Assembly (NCBI GenBank): GCA_963798485.1
Contig: CAWCTR010000014.1
Coordinates: 128,001-192,000 of the forward strand
DNA length: 64,000 nt
Source of the DNA: an uncultured delta proteobacterium
GTDB taxonomy: Bacteria; Desulfobacterota; Desulfomonilia; UBA1062
Reading direction: 5' to 3'
The translations under genes and the position numbers were made by a program. This document shows, in pieces, positions 30,509 through 40,522 of the stretch. Under the pieces are notes generated by a model. It saw only the letters and a program-made list of their open reading frames with translations, did no database searches and was not told the DNA's origin. How positions within the stretch are numbered: position 1 is the first letter of the stretch; every line of letters begins with the position of its first letter.

Positions 30509-31515
30509 AAATAACAACTTCTCTTGCCATGAATGTAGGTATCAAGCGGGCTTGTCATGCACTGACGGTTTCCCGTGCCGGGTTTTATCGGTGGAAGAAT
30601 CTTTTTGAGAACGAGAAACCTGAATCTGTCCGTGCGTTGCCACCTCTGTCCTTGTCCATGGAAGAGCAGCTACGGGTTCTTGATGCGCTTCATGAAGAAC
30701 GGTTCGTCGATAAGACGCCCCAGGAGGTGTATGCTTCCCTTCTGGATGATGGCATGTATCTGTGTTCGGTCAGGACCATGTACCGGCTTCTGAAAGCACA
30801 TAAGGAAGTCAAGGAAAGGAGAAACCAGCTCAGACATCCTGTATACACCAAACCGGAACTCCTCGCACAAGGGTCTAACCAGATCTGGTCCTGGGATATA
30901 ACTAAACTAAAAGGACCGGCCAAATGGACCTACTTTTACCTTTACGTTATCCTCGATATCTTCAGCCGATACGTGGTCGGCTGGATGGTTGCCTCCCAGG
31001 AATCCGGATCGTTGGCAAAAAAATTGATCGAACAATCCTGCGAGAAACAGATGATCCAGGCAGACCAACTGTGCATCCATTCCGATCGGGGTCCCAGCAT
31101 GACATCTAAACCGGTCGCGTTCCTGCTTGCAGACCTGAGCATCACCAAAAGCCTTTCCCGGCCTCATGTCAGCAATGACAACCCCTACTCGGAATCTCAG
31201 TTCAAGACAATGAAGTACAGGCCGGAATTCCCGGAAAGGTTCGGCTGTATCGAAGACTCCAGGTCTTTCTCCCAGGAATTCTTCAACTGGTACAATACCG
31301 AACATTACCATTCAGGAATCGGATTCCTCACCCCGGAGGATGTCCATTATGGTCGGGCAGAACAGATTATCAAAGATCGGCAGACTGTTCTTAATGCCGC
31401 ATTCGACAAACATCCGCAGCGCTTTAAGGGCAACATCCCAAAATCTCTACCCTTGCCCGATGCCGTGTGGATTAACAAACCAACACCATTTGCGGACGAG
31501 GAAAGTCTACACTAA
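30505..31515 (+). CDS. IS3-family transposase OrfB
   Basis: WSWDITKL, DIFSR, HSDRG, DNPYSESQFKTMK DDE motifs. Confidence 0.92.
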   Translation: MKITTSLAMNVGIKRACHALTVSRAGFYRWKNLFENEKPESVRALPPLSLSMEEQLRVLDALHEERFVDKTPQEVYASLLDDGMYLCSVRTMYRLLKAHKEVKERRNQLRHPVYTKPELLAQGSNQIWSWDITKLKGPAKWTYFYLYVILDIFSRYVVGWMVASQESGSLAKKLIEQSCEKQMIQADQLCIHSDRGPSMTSKPVAFLLADLSITKSLSRPHVSNDNPYSESQFKTMKYRPEFPERFGCIEDSRSFSQEFFNWYNTEHYHSGIGFLTPEDVHYGRAEQIIKDRQTVLNAAFDKHPQRFKGNIPKSLPLPDAVWINKPTPFADEESLH

Positions 31516-32519
31516 ATGTCTTATGAAAGTGTCTCATCCTCATTGACAAGTTCCGGTCAATCTAGTTCTAATCCTGAGGATGAGACATACATATCAGAGG
31601 TTTCAGATATTGAAGCAGTAATGGATAAGATAGATAATCAAAATGCTGTCATATCAGGCATAGCAGAGTATGGTGAAGAACCTGTTGGGTTTAGCTTTCT
31701 AAGTAATGCCACATTAATTCCAGCAGTTAGTAAAGAAATAAAGAAATGGCTTAATTTGTTCCGCATAAATAATAACATAGAACAAACATTATACTCTCCT
31801 GGCACTCCTCATAGATTAATTCCCAACCTTTGGGGAAGGGAACTGACGTATGCAAAACAAGATACAAGGAGAAGGAGCAAGATTGATAAAGTAGTATGCT
31901 TTATCTTGGATCTAAAAGGGTCAATGGACCCAAAACTTATTAATGTTGTAATATCAACTATTAGTCTAACTCTTCGTAAATATGAAGTGATTAGTAAATA
32001 TTACATGATACTGTTTGGTGGAACAGTCATTACTAATACTCCTGCTGGTTTTCCATCATTAACAAATGATATCAAGAGGGCTTTAGCCCATGGAACAGAT
32101 AGTTGTTTGGATACTGCTTTCAAGAAGCTAAAAATGCAAATGGACGAGCTAAAGTTTAAGGTCCAGGCTATCTGTATTATTTCAGACTTCAAACTATTAG
32201 GTGGGTCAGGAAAGATTCCTGATGATCCTAAGTTTGCTGTACCCTACTTAGCATTTCAAATAACTCCCAAAAGGGATAGAAGTTATTTAGAGGGATGGCT
32301 ACAAGCTAATACAGATCATGATATTTTTGCGCTATCAGTTTATCATGACCATTTATTCATAATAAAACCGATGATTGAAAAAAAGAAGAGGTTAACTTAG
32401 ATCATTACAAGTATCACTTGAAGTCTGAAACCTGAAGATTATAGGTTGAAACATACGAAGCATATCACGTTATATCAGAGCGTAGCGCCTGGCACCCATT
32501 AAAAGGCCCCTGTCAATAA

Positions 32520-32948
32520 AAACATAGTTCACCATCGCACTTTTTTTTGCAGGTCTAACGTATAGCCAGCTGGGATCATGCCAACGATTCCCTTTCTGCG
32601 CCCTGTTTTTCATTATGCTCAGGTGACAGATTACAATCTGCACCAGGCACCCATCGGGTTTTAGACTGCACAGCGAGAGGATGAACCTAGATGAGTAGCC
32701 CTCTCAACCCGTACGCCCCTAACAGCATCTGCTGTCCCAGAAAAATATCGGTTCCTTGCCATGTTCAATTGTAAGTGACACGACAATAGGCTCTTCCGGC
32801 CACACCTTAAAGACTCATGGCAAAGGCAGATCTGAACCATCGGAATTACCTCCACTGGATTCTTGTTTATAAGAGAGGGGTAAACGGCGGAGCAACCACG
32901 AAAATGGTTCTTAGCCACCAAACGTCTGGTCTCGCCGTTTTCCCCTGC
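32520..32948 (-). ncRNA. Candidate bridge/seek RNA region of the IS110 element
   Basis: ~450-nt non-coding region downstream of the recombinase with stem-loops (GGGGAAAACGGCG ... CGCCGTTTACCCCT; GGTGCAGATT-GT-AATCTGTCACC); boundaries uncertain. Confidence 0.55.
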
Positions 32949-33974
32949 TCAGCAAAAGAGCATCTCTTCCTTGAACTCAACGCCATCTCTGAGCATATAG
33001 TAGCAGGCCCTGGCAAGCTTGCTTGCTATGGTCTTGATTGCCACCATCCTGTGAGTTTTCGAAGCCTTCCTTTTGTAGTAGCCGGCAATCTTCGGGGACT
33101 GCCTTAGGGAGATAAACGCCGCTTCAACAAATGCCCAAGCCAGATACCGGTTCCCATTCTTTGCATTGCCTTTGCCCTTGCTCTTCCCGTTCGAAAACCT
33201 CCCGGTAGGAACACAACGGCAGTAAGAGGAGAAGTCTCCCACCCTTGCAAACCGCGAAATATCTCCCACTTCCAGCATGATCGTCATGGCAAGGATGTCA
33301 CCGATCCCAGGAACCATGTGCAGTTTCTCAAAAGCATCCCTCGTCTTCACTTCTCTCTTTACCGTCTTCTCGATATTCCTGATGTTCTTCCCGAGAAAGG
33401 CTATGGTTTCAAGGCTCGTTGTACCAAGGAGAACTAAGTGCTCCTCCTTCAATATCCCTTTGATGTCTTCCGATTTAACCTTCCTCAGTGCATTCGCACT
33501 CATGTGCACACCGGTGTTCCTCTCGATCATGGACTGCAGCGAGATGATATGGGCTGTTCTTTGCTTTACCAGGAATGATCTCTTCCTCAAGAGATCTCGA
33601 ACCGGTCGCTCTTCCCTGGGATAGATATATCCTTCAGGGAGAATGCCGAGAGACATCATCTGCGCAAGCCAGAAGGCATCATGTCGGTCATCCGCATACT
33701 TGAGCCCTTTGTACTGCTGTATCGCTGCAGGATTGGCAAGATGTACACAATCATACCCTGCCTCATTGAGCCCATCCACCAGCCAGTACCAGTTAAAGGT
33801 GCTTTCGACAGCTATCCCCCTGATCTCTTCACGGTAAGGGTTTAGGGTCCAAACGAGTTCTTCCAGGTTATTCTTTACACGCTTCTCGAAAACTCGCTTC
33901 ATTGTTCCCTTCTCGATCAGCCCTATGTACGTGTTCCCTGAATGGAGATCCAACCCGGCATACAGCTCACTCAT
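32949..33974 (-). CDS. IS110-family DEDD recombinase/transposase
   Basis: GLDLH, AVEST, ADDRHDA, VPGIG, FSNGK, GNRYL. Confidence 0.95.
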   Translation of the reverse strand: MSELYAGLDLHSGNTYIGLIEKGTMKRVFEKRVKNNLEELVWTLNPYREEIRGIAVESTFNWYWLVDGLNEAGYDCVHLANPAAIQQYKGLKYADDRHDAFWLAQMMSLGILPEGYIYPREERPVRDLLRKRSFLVKQRTAHIISLQSMIERNTGVHMSANALRKVKSEDIKGILKEEHLVLLGTTSLETIAFLGKNIRNIEKTVKREVKTRDAFEKLHMVPGIGDILAMTIMLEVGDISRFARVGDFSSYCRCVPTGRFSNGKSKGKGNAKNGNRYLAWAFVEAAFISLRQSPKIAGYYKRKASKTHRMVAIKTIASKLARACYYMLRDGVEFKEEMLFC

Positions 33975-34173
33975 GACACACCTCCTCCTGAGTTATTGTC
34001 TGTATTATAGCCGTGCGATCTTGGCGAAAGTGCCTTTTAGATGATTATCACGTTATCTACAGTTTATACCAACTCGATATTACCTTAAGCTATATTAGGT
34101 CATTTCATTTTGTTCTTTACAAAGAATTACAATTACATTAATGTATTATGCTTCAATTTAATTTTATACATCT

Positions 34174-35587
34174 GAGCCAATTGCAAAATTCACAATTTAC
34201 GATAATATTGTAAAAAGCATGATAAGTAGTTGAAATAATGAAGAGAGTGCTCTATCCTTTTATTCTACGACAAACAAAAGGAAGGAGCAACAATGAGCAC
34301 TCTCTTCGATATCTGGCATACCACACAGGCGAGACTTTTTCCATGGTTAGAAGAGAGGCTCGACCCATTGAGCGAGAAAGAAGAGCGGTTTGTGCAGGTT
34401 GTATCTCTCATGGATCTGAGTAAACACATGTGGGAGTATCGGTGGATCGGGATAGGGAGGAAGCGTGAGGACAGGGCTTCTATAGCGAAGGCGTTTGTGG
34501 CCAAAGCGGTATACAATTTCGAGACGACGAAAGTGCTCATAGAATATCTGTGTGGCTGCAAGAATCTGAGGCGGTTATGCGGATGGGAGACACGTGGAGA
34601 TATCCCATCGGAGTCGACCTTTTCACGAGCGTTTGCTGAGTATTCCCAGGGATGTCTTCCGCAGAAGATCCACGAGACCATGGTGAAGACACATTGTGGG
34701 GGCAAAATTGCTGGGCATGTAAGCCGTGATGCGACAGCGATTGAGGCACGAGAGAAGGTGGTAAAGAAGGAAGAGGAAGAAGCCGTACCTGGGCCGAAGA
34801 GGAAACGGGGTCGCCCGAAGCAAGGTGAAGAAGTAGCCCCCAGACCTCCGAAGAGGCTTGATCTTCAGGGAAAGAGACGTCTTGAAGAGAACCTATTGGA
34901 TCTGCCGTATCATTGTTCAGTGGGGACCAAGAAGGACAGTAAGGGATACAAGATGACCTGGAGGGGCTACAAACTGCACATCGACTGTATCGATGGGGAC
35001 ATTCCGGTGAGTGCATTATTAACCTCGGCATCATTGCACGATTCCCAGGCTGCGATACCGCTTATGCAGATGACCTCCGAGCGGGTAGTGAGCCTGTATG
35101 ATCTTATGGATGCTGCCTATGATGCCCCGCAGATCAAGGAGTTCAGTGAGACACTCTCTCATGTGCCGATCATCGATCCCAATCCCCGGCGTGGAGAGAA
35201 GATCCCCATGGATCCTGCCAAAAAGGCACGATTTGCGCAGAGGAGCAGCATTGAGCGGGTGAATTCGTATTTGAAAGATAACCATGGAGGGAGTCATATA
35301 CGGGTGAAGGGCGCGTCCAAGGTTATGGCGCATCTCATGTTCGGGCTTATTGTCATAACTGCGAATCAGCTGTTCCAGATGCTTTGTTGAAGGATGAATC
35401 AACAGAGCCCGGATATTTTTGCAGCACCTGTTGGACAGGAAGGCGGATAACTGTACTCGAAAATCGACATATGGGTGGCGTTGAGGATAGAATCATCGAG
35501 TAAATGGTGCTCATGATCTTTACAAAGAAGTAGACAATGGCATTATGCTTCAATATCTATAACGGGAGAGAGTTTTGCAATCGGCTC
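34174..35587 (+). mobile_element. DDE insertion sequence (IS5/IS1182-like)
   Basis: IRs GAGCCAATTGCAAAATTC / rc GAGCCGATTGCAAAACTC; 4-bp TSD ATCT. Confidence 0.88.
34293..35390 (+). CDS. IS5/IS1182-like DDE transposase
   Basis: PSESTFSR, RDAT, GYKLH, MDAAYD, RSSIERVNSYLK. Confidence 0.88.
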   Translation: MSTLFDIWHTTQARLFPWLEERLDPLSEKEERFVQVVSLMDLSKHMWEYRWIGIGRKREDRASIAKAFVAKAVYNFETTKVLIEYLCGCKNLRRLCGWETRGDIPSESTFSRAFAEYSQGCLPQKIHETMVKTHCGGKIAGHVSRDATAIEAREKVVKKEEEEAVPGPKRKRGRPKQGEEVAPRPPKRLDLQGKRRLEENLLDLPYHCSVGTKKDSKGYKMTWRGYKLHIDCIDGDIPVSALLTSASLHDSQAAIPLMQMTSERVVSLYDLMDAAYDAPQIKEFSETLSHVPIIDPNPRRGEKIPMDPAKKARFAQRSSIERVNSYLKDNHGGSHIRVKGASKVMAHLMFGLIVITANQLFQMLC

Positions 35588-35620
35588 ATCTGAGATATAA
35601 TATCTTATGGGGGTTTATCT

Positions 35621-37093
35621 ATGAGCACAAGAGTCATCCTTAAGATCATAGGGACAATTGTGTCTATTTCCATGATTATGCTCTTTGTCACGTGTGGAGG
35701 AGGTGGCGGCGGTGGCGGAAGTGCTTCACCAGAATCCACTTCATTCAGCATATCCGGTACAGTGAGTGGAGCTGTTTCGTCTGGTGTGACCATAACCCTT
35801 AGTGGCACTAGCTCAGGAACGGCTACAACCAATGCAAGCGGGAACTACACCTTCACAGGACTGGCTAACGGTTCTTACACGGTCTCCCCATCACAGCCAG
35901 GGTATACATTCACTCCTACCAGCGAGGCTGTTGCGATCAATGGAGCCAACATAACCTCAATTAATTTCGTAGCTACAGCTAACACAAGCCCAACCTATAC
36001 TATTTCTGGGACAGTGACATTAAGCGGTGGTGGAGCATTACCTGGTGTGACAATCACATTATCCGGCAATAATTCAGGAACTGCTATGACCGATGCAAGT
36101 GGCAACTACACCTTCACCGGACTGACTAACGGTTCTTACACGGTCACCCCATCACTTTCTGGGTATACATTCACTCCTCCAAGCATAGCGGTTGCAGTTA
36201 ATGGAGTAAATATCACTTCCGTTAATTTCACGGCAACAGCCAATTCGGCCTCGACATACAGCATTTCAGGGACAGTGACATTAAGTGGTGGTGGAGCCTT
36301 AAATGGCGTAACCATGACCCTGAAAGGCACGAACACTACGACAACTCAAACCGATACCAAAGGAAACTATACCTTCACAGGACTGGCTAACGGTTCTTAC
36401 ACAGTCTCCCCATCACTTGTTGGGTATACATTCACTCCTGCCAGCAAGGCTGTTACGATCAATGGAGCCAATGCTTCTTCTATCAATTTTGTAGCAACAA
36501 TCATAAAGACCCTGGCTTACAGCATCTCTGGGACAGTGACATTAAGCGGTGGTGGAGCATTACCTGGTGTGACAATCACATTATCCGGCGATGGATCAGG
36601 AACGGCTACAACCGATGCAAGTGGCAACTACACCTTCAAAGGACTGACTGGCGGTTCTTACTCGGTCACCCCATCACAGCAAGTGTATATCTTCATTCCT
36701 ACTAGCCTGGAGGTTACGATCAATGGAGCCAATTCAACTTCCAATAACTTCACAGCCTACATAAATGTTGCCGGTACTTGGAAATCTACGTTTGAAGTAA
36801 CTAGTGGTGATTGCCACCCTATAGGACAAGTTAATAATTATACTGGTCTTATAACACAAAATGGTAATCAGCTTACAATGTTTAATACTAGCTGTTCAAT
36901 AATTGAGAATACAATCAAATTTACTTCGATCGGGCCTAGTCCTACGGTTGGTGGTACTGGAACTAGTACATTTATTCTCACTGTTTCTCAAGATGGTAAC
37001 AGTATGAGTGGTACACAAAATCTATCTTGGACTAATGGTTCCTCTTCATGTTCTGAAACAGATACAATCAGTTGTACAAAAATTTCTGACTGA
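35621..37093 (+). CDS. Surface lipoprotein with four tandem Ig-like (carboxypeptidase-regulatory/Cna-B-like) domains
   Basis: TCGGGGGG lipoprotein start; 4x ISGTV...GVT.TL.G...T.A.GNYTF.GL..GSY.V.PS..Y.F.P; distinct C-terminal beta domain. Confidence 0.85.
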   Translation: MSTRVILKIIGTIVSISMIMLFVTCGGGGGGGGSASPESTSFSISGTVSGAVSSGVTITLSGTSSGTATTNASGNYTFTGLANGSYTVSPSQPGYTFTPTSEAVAINGANITSINFVATANTSPTYTISGTVTLSGGGALPGVTITLSGNNSGTAMTDASGNYTFTGLTNGSYTVTPSLSGYTFTPPSIAVAVNGVNITSVNFTATANSASTYSISGTVTLSGGGALNGVTMTLKGTNTTTTQTDTKGNYTFTGLANGSYTVSPSLVGYTFTPASKAVTINGANASSINFVATIIKTLAYSISGTVTLSGGGALPGVTITLSGDGSGTATTDASGNYTFKGLTGGSYSVTPSQQVYIFIPTSLEVTINGANSTSNNFTAYINVAGTWKSTFEVTSGDCHPIGQVNNYTGLITQNGNQLTMFNTSCSIIENTIKFTSIGPSPTVGGTGTSTFILTVSQDGNSMSGTQNLSWTNGSSSCSETDTISCTKISD

Positions 37094-38185
37094 GGAGGTA
37101 GAAAATTTAGTAAGTATTTACTCAGTTATCATAGAATATAATTATCATTTTGCTATTGGTAATTAGAAGAGCTAGAAAGCCTCTTAGTAACTGGCTTCAT
37201 GATTTACTTGATATATTAAGAATTATACTTGGTACTGCTTGTTTTATCTACAGGGGACAGAGACGATTTTCTAATACTGTTGATTTTTTAGATAAATCGC
37301 TGGCCCCAACCTCAGATTATGAACCGTTGATTCCTATGAAAGAATTCCTTGCTTCAGGCACAAAAATACAATGACCCAATTACAGGCCCAATTGAAGGAT
37401 AGCATCCACATTTATCCTCCCATTGGAACTACTCCCGCCTCAAGGGATCTCCAACAGGTTGGATAAAGGGAATCATGTATATCTGTATAATAATCTTTCA
37501 TTGGTCGGGGTGGAAGACCCTTCCATGAGTGATTCCTGCGATAACTCATTACCCCACTCTTCATCTCCTTAAGCAGAGATCATGAAGCAAGATCTCTGAA
37601 TCCATACCAGATCATCTTGAAGCCCATATGTGATGCCTTATATGACCATTCATTATGATATAATTAGACTGTACTTCTGCATGATAACATATTAAATCGT
37701 CATAGTGAGAATCCTCCTGGATAACAAGGTTAATTAGGACCCAACGAACCTATACAAGCTTTCAAGCCTCTGATATCCTTAACGTATCAATATTATTTCC
37801 CTAACCATACTGATACTCTTCATTTTCATAATCATTATTGTATAATGCTATTATATATAAATGTTTTCACATTCTTCCTTGATTTCCAGAAAAAAAAGGC
37901 TATATACCATAATGAAGTTATAATAGGTTTGATTATCCATATATCTCTGGTGATTGATTACCTATTATATCCAAACACTATTTAGTACTTATTTATTAGG
38001 AGGCTATTTACTATGTATCAAGGGTTAAATTACAGATTGAGAATAGTTGCTAGGTATTTATCAAGTAGAGATACAACAAAGCATTGGTCTATTACTGCTC
38101 AGACCATGATATATTGTAATTTAATGGTACATTGTGGCAGTCAGGAAGCCATATTTTAAAGACTTAGGGTAAATAATAGATAATG

Positions 38186-38215
38186 TTGACCCAATCCACC
38201 ATACAGACCTATAAT
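38186..38215 (+). promoter_or_regulatory. Candidate sigma70 promoter of integrase B
   Basis: TTGACC-N18-TATAAT upstream of ATG 38249. Confidence 0.55.
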
Positions 38216-38248
38216 ACACTCAATACTTCAGAGTGGGATTGGGGATTT

Positions 38249-39415
38249 ATGGAAATTGGACAGGTCTGCGAGAGGAAAAGGAATGGATATACGGAGTATT
38301 GGGTAGAAGTATGGTGGGGAAATCCCAAGCAACGGTATACATTCACTCAGATACCCATACCTTCACCCAGGGGAACTGAATGGAAATCATGCAATAGGAA
38401 CAAAGCATTGGCTGAATTTCTTTTGTCTATCATTAGGGAACGTATAAAGAATCATGTATTTGTACCAAGTGAATTCCGAAAGCAGAGTCCTATGCAGTTT
38501 GATATCTATGCCAAGTTATGGCTTGAAATGAAGAAACCTAACATAGGAACTGGTCACTATCATGTTATGAACTGGGCAATTTACAATTACCTCATACCTC
38601 AATTAGGCACCATATATCTTCCCAACATATCTAGTATAAGATTAAGGCAGTTACAGAATAATTTGGAGAGTGTGAGGAAAAAGGGAGTATCACTGGATGT
38701 GAAGACCAAGAAGAATGTCATGGATACACTTACAGCTATGCTCAATGATGCATGTCCTGATTACATCTCAGTGGTTCCTAAGTTCCCAGGGTTCAAGGGT
38801 AGTGAAGCCATTATTCCTCCTGATATAAAGGTGCCCATGATAGAAGATATCTTCAATATAATAACGAAGATACCTGAGGATGACAGACTAATATTCATGT
38901 TTATGATCTTCAGTGGTTGCCGTCCCTCTGAAGCAAGAGCCTTCAGAAAAGAAGATATACGTGGTGATCATATTATGTTCGTTAAGACCTTTGATGCCAG
39001 AGGAAACCTTGTGCCTGTTAAGGGAAAGAAGCCTCTACCCTTCCCCATGACTGAATCTTTGAGATGGGTACTGGATCAATCACCTAAAAATCTGACTCCT
39101 CATGTGTTTGTTAATCCCAGAACTGGTAGGCCATACATTGCAAGCATATTACCTGAGATATGGAACACTGCCAGGAAAGAAGCAGGGTTTGGATATCTGA
39201 AGCTATACAATTGCACGAGACATGCATTCGCTACACTGATGAGAAAAAGTGGTATGGATTTGGCTGATGTCAGAGATCTAATGCGTCATTCGGATATTAA
39301 AATGACAGCCAGGTATGACCATTCAACAGTCATTAGATTAGCCTCTCAGGTTGACAAAATTCTGCACTTCCCTGGTGGCATGATGTTGGCATCGGAAATT
39401 AAGTCTTCTAACTGA
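38249..39415 (+). CDS. Tyrosine integrase of island B
   Basis: SGCRPSEARA, K, LYNCTRH, MRHSDIKMTARY; ends ~20 bp before the att copy; ORF track starts at 38183. Confidence 0.93.
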   Translation: MEIGQVCERKRNGYTEYWVEVWWGNPKQRYTFTQIPIPSPRGTEWKSCNRNKALAEFLLSIIRERIKNHVFVPSEFRKQSPMQFDIYAKLWLEMKKPNIGTGHYHVMNWAIYNYLIPQLGTIYLPNISSIRLRQLQNNLESVRKKGVSLDVKTKKNVMDTLTAMLNDACPDYISVVPKFPGFKGSEAIIPPDIKVPMIEDIFNIITKIPEDDRLIFMFMIFSGCRPSEARAFRKEDIRGDHIMFVKTFDARGNLVPVKGKKPLPFPMTESLRWVLDQSPKNLTPHVFVNPRTGRPYIASILPEIWNTARKEAGFGYLKLYNCTRHAFATLMRKSGMDLADVRDLMRHSDIKMTARYDHSTVIRLASQVDKILHFPGGMMLASEIKSSN

Positions 39416-39434
39416 TTGATATTAAAGGGATAAT

Positions 39435-39457
39435 TGGTGGGCAGCGTAGGATTTGAA
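39435..39457 (-). repeat. att site: displaced tRNA-Val 3' end with CCA and one mismatch
   Basis: TGG-TGGGCAGCGTAGGATTTGAA, 19/20 identical to 57953-57972. Confidence 0.9.
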
Positions 39458-39495
39458 GATATGGGTGATGTGGCTATGACTGAATCTATGAGGTG

Positions 39496-39516
39496 CTACG
39501 GAACCCTTACGGAACT
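39496..39516 (+). repeat. Candidate integrase arm-type sites, left end of island A
   Basis: CTACGGAACCCTTACGGAACT matches CTACGGAACTCTCACGGAACT at 57901-57921. Confidence 0.65.
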
Positions 39517-39763
39517 CTTGCAGTCAGCTTCACATCTCGATCTGCAATCAAGAGCATACGCCATGTGAATGACTTGGGTGCATATACTGGGGTTATCTCG
39601 AATATTATGAATAAATTTCTTTTTCATATGCCCATAAATTCATTGTCAGCAGGGATGCGTGAATTCCGGTGAAAGCGGCCACGTGTTCCGATTCAAAGCG
39701 GCCACCAATATGATGAAAGCGGCCACCCCGTCGGAGCCGTCAGGCGACGCTGGTTTTTTCTCC

Positions 39764-40522
39764 TTACACTGTTTCTTCCTCCTGTGTAAATAATGCCTTT
39801 TTCCTTCTCATCGAGTCTTTTCCTGTCAGGTTTATCTTGTGGGCGTTGTGCACCAGCCTGTCAAGAAGGGCATCGGCGATGGTGGGGTCTCCTACGACCT
39901 CATGCCAGTGTTCCACCGGGAGCTGGCTCGTGATGATGGTGGAGGCAACTTCGTACCGGTCATCGATCACATCCAGGAGATCTCTCCTCTCCGGATCGGT
40001 GAGAACTGCAAGGCCGAAGTCATCAAGGATGAGCACAGGCACTTTTGCCAGTCTTGATGATATACTTTCGTAACTCCCGTCCGCTTTTGAGATGGATAAC
40101 GTGTAATAGAACTTCGGGCACCTCACGTAGAAGGCGCCATATCCTTCCCTGCAGGCCTTGTGAGCCAGCGCACAAGCGAGGTAGGTTTTGCCCGACCCCG
40201 TCGGTCCTGTTATGATCACGTTACGGTGCTTCCTTATCCACTCGCAGGTTCCAAGAGAGAGTATTACCGATTTGTCCAGGCCTCTCGGTGTTCGATAATC
40301 GAGGTCTTCCATTGAGGCAGAGAGCTTCAGCTTGGCACTTTGAAGAAGACGCTTCATTCTCTTGTTCTCCCGGAAGAGGTATTGGGCATCCACCAGGAGG
40401 GCGAATCGTTCTTCGAAGGCAAGCCCGTCGAGGTCGGCCCTTGTCATCTGGTCCTTCATTGCCTCTGCCATGCCGTTAAGCTTCATGGTGTAGAGCTTCT
40501 CATACGTCTGTTCATTGAGCAT
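39764..40522 (-). CDS. istB: IS21 helper ATPase IstB
   Basis: GPTGSGKT, LILDDFG, DALLDRLVH. Confidence 0.95.
   Translation of the reverse strand: MLNEQTYEKLYTMKLNGMAEAMKDQMTRADLDGLAFEERFALLVDAQYLFRENKRMKRLLQSAKLKLSASMEDLDYRTPRGLDKSVILSLGTCEWIRKHRNVIITGPTGSGKTYLACALAHKACREGYGAFYVRCPKFYYTLSISKADGSYESISSRLAKVPVLILDDFGLAVLTDPERRDLLDVIDDRYEVASTIITSQLPVEHWHEVVGDPTIADALLDRLVHNAHKINLTGKDSMRRKKALFTQEEETV

Larger units (their letters stand above)
29938..31548 (+). mobile_element. IS3-family insertion sequence
   Basis: IRs TGCCAATGAGAGTGAGACACTTTC / rc TGTCAATGAGGATGAGACACTTTC; no clear TSD. Confidence 0.9.
29747..32400 (+). pseudogene. VWA-domain protein interrupted by an IS3-family element
   Basis: Low-complexity N-terminal part 29747-29937 (SD GGAG); C-terminal part from 31549 with FILDLKGSM (MIDAS-like), HGTD, IISD. 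Confidence 0.6.
32493..34051 (-). mobile_element. IS110-family element (IS1111-type organisation) with a long 3' non-coding region
   Basis: Subterminal IRs CATCTAAAAGGC / CATTAAAAGGC; GTG core at both junctions; joined ends give TTGACA-N17-GATAAT. Confidence 0.8.
10457..39457. mobile_element. Integrative element / genomic island B (~29 kb) at tRNA-Val
   Basis: Bounded by two tRNA-Val 3'-end copies; integrase abuts the right copy; AT-rich cargo with many IS. Confidence 0.85.

Noticed and set aside
32463-34056. TATCACGTTAT on both sides of the IS110 read as an 11-bp target duplication
   Set aside because: The subterminal IRs and the exact 17-bp junction promoter place the end at 32493, and IS110 elements do not normally make long TSDs; the repeat remains unexplained.
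35621-37400. Diversity-generating retroelement acting on the Ig-repeat protein
   Set aside because: No reverse transcriptase and no template/variable repeat pair differing at adenines.
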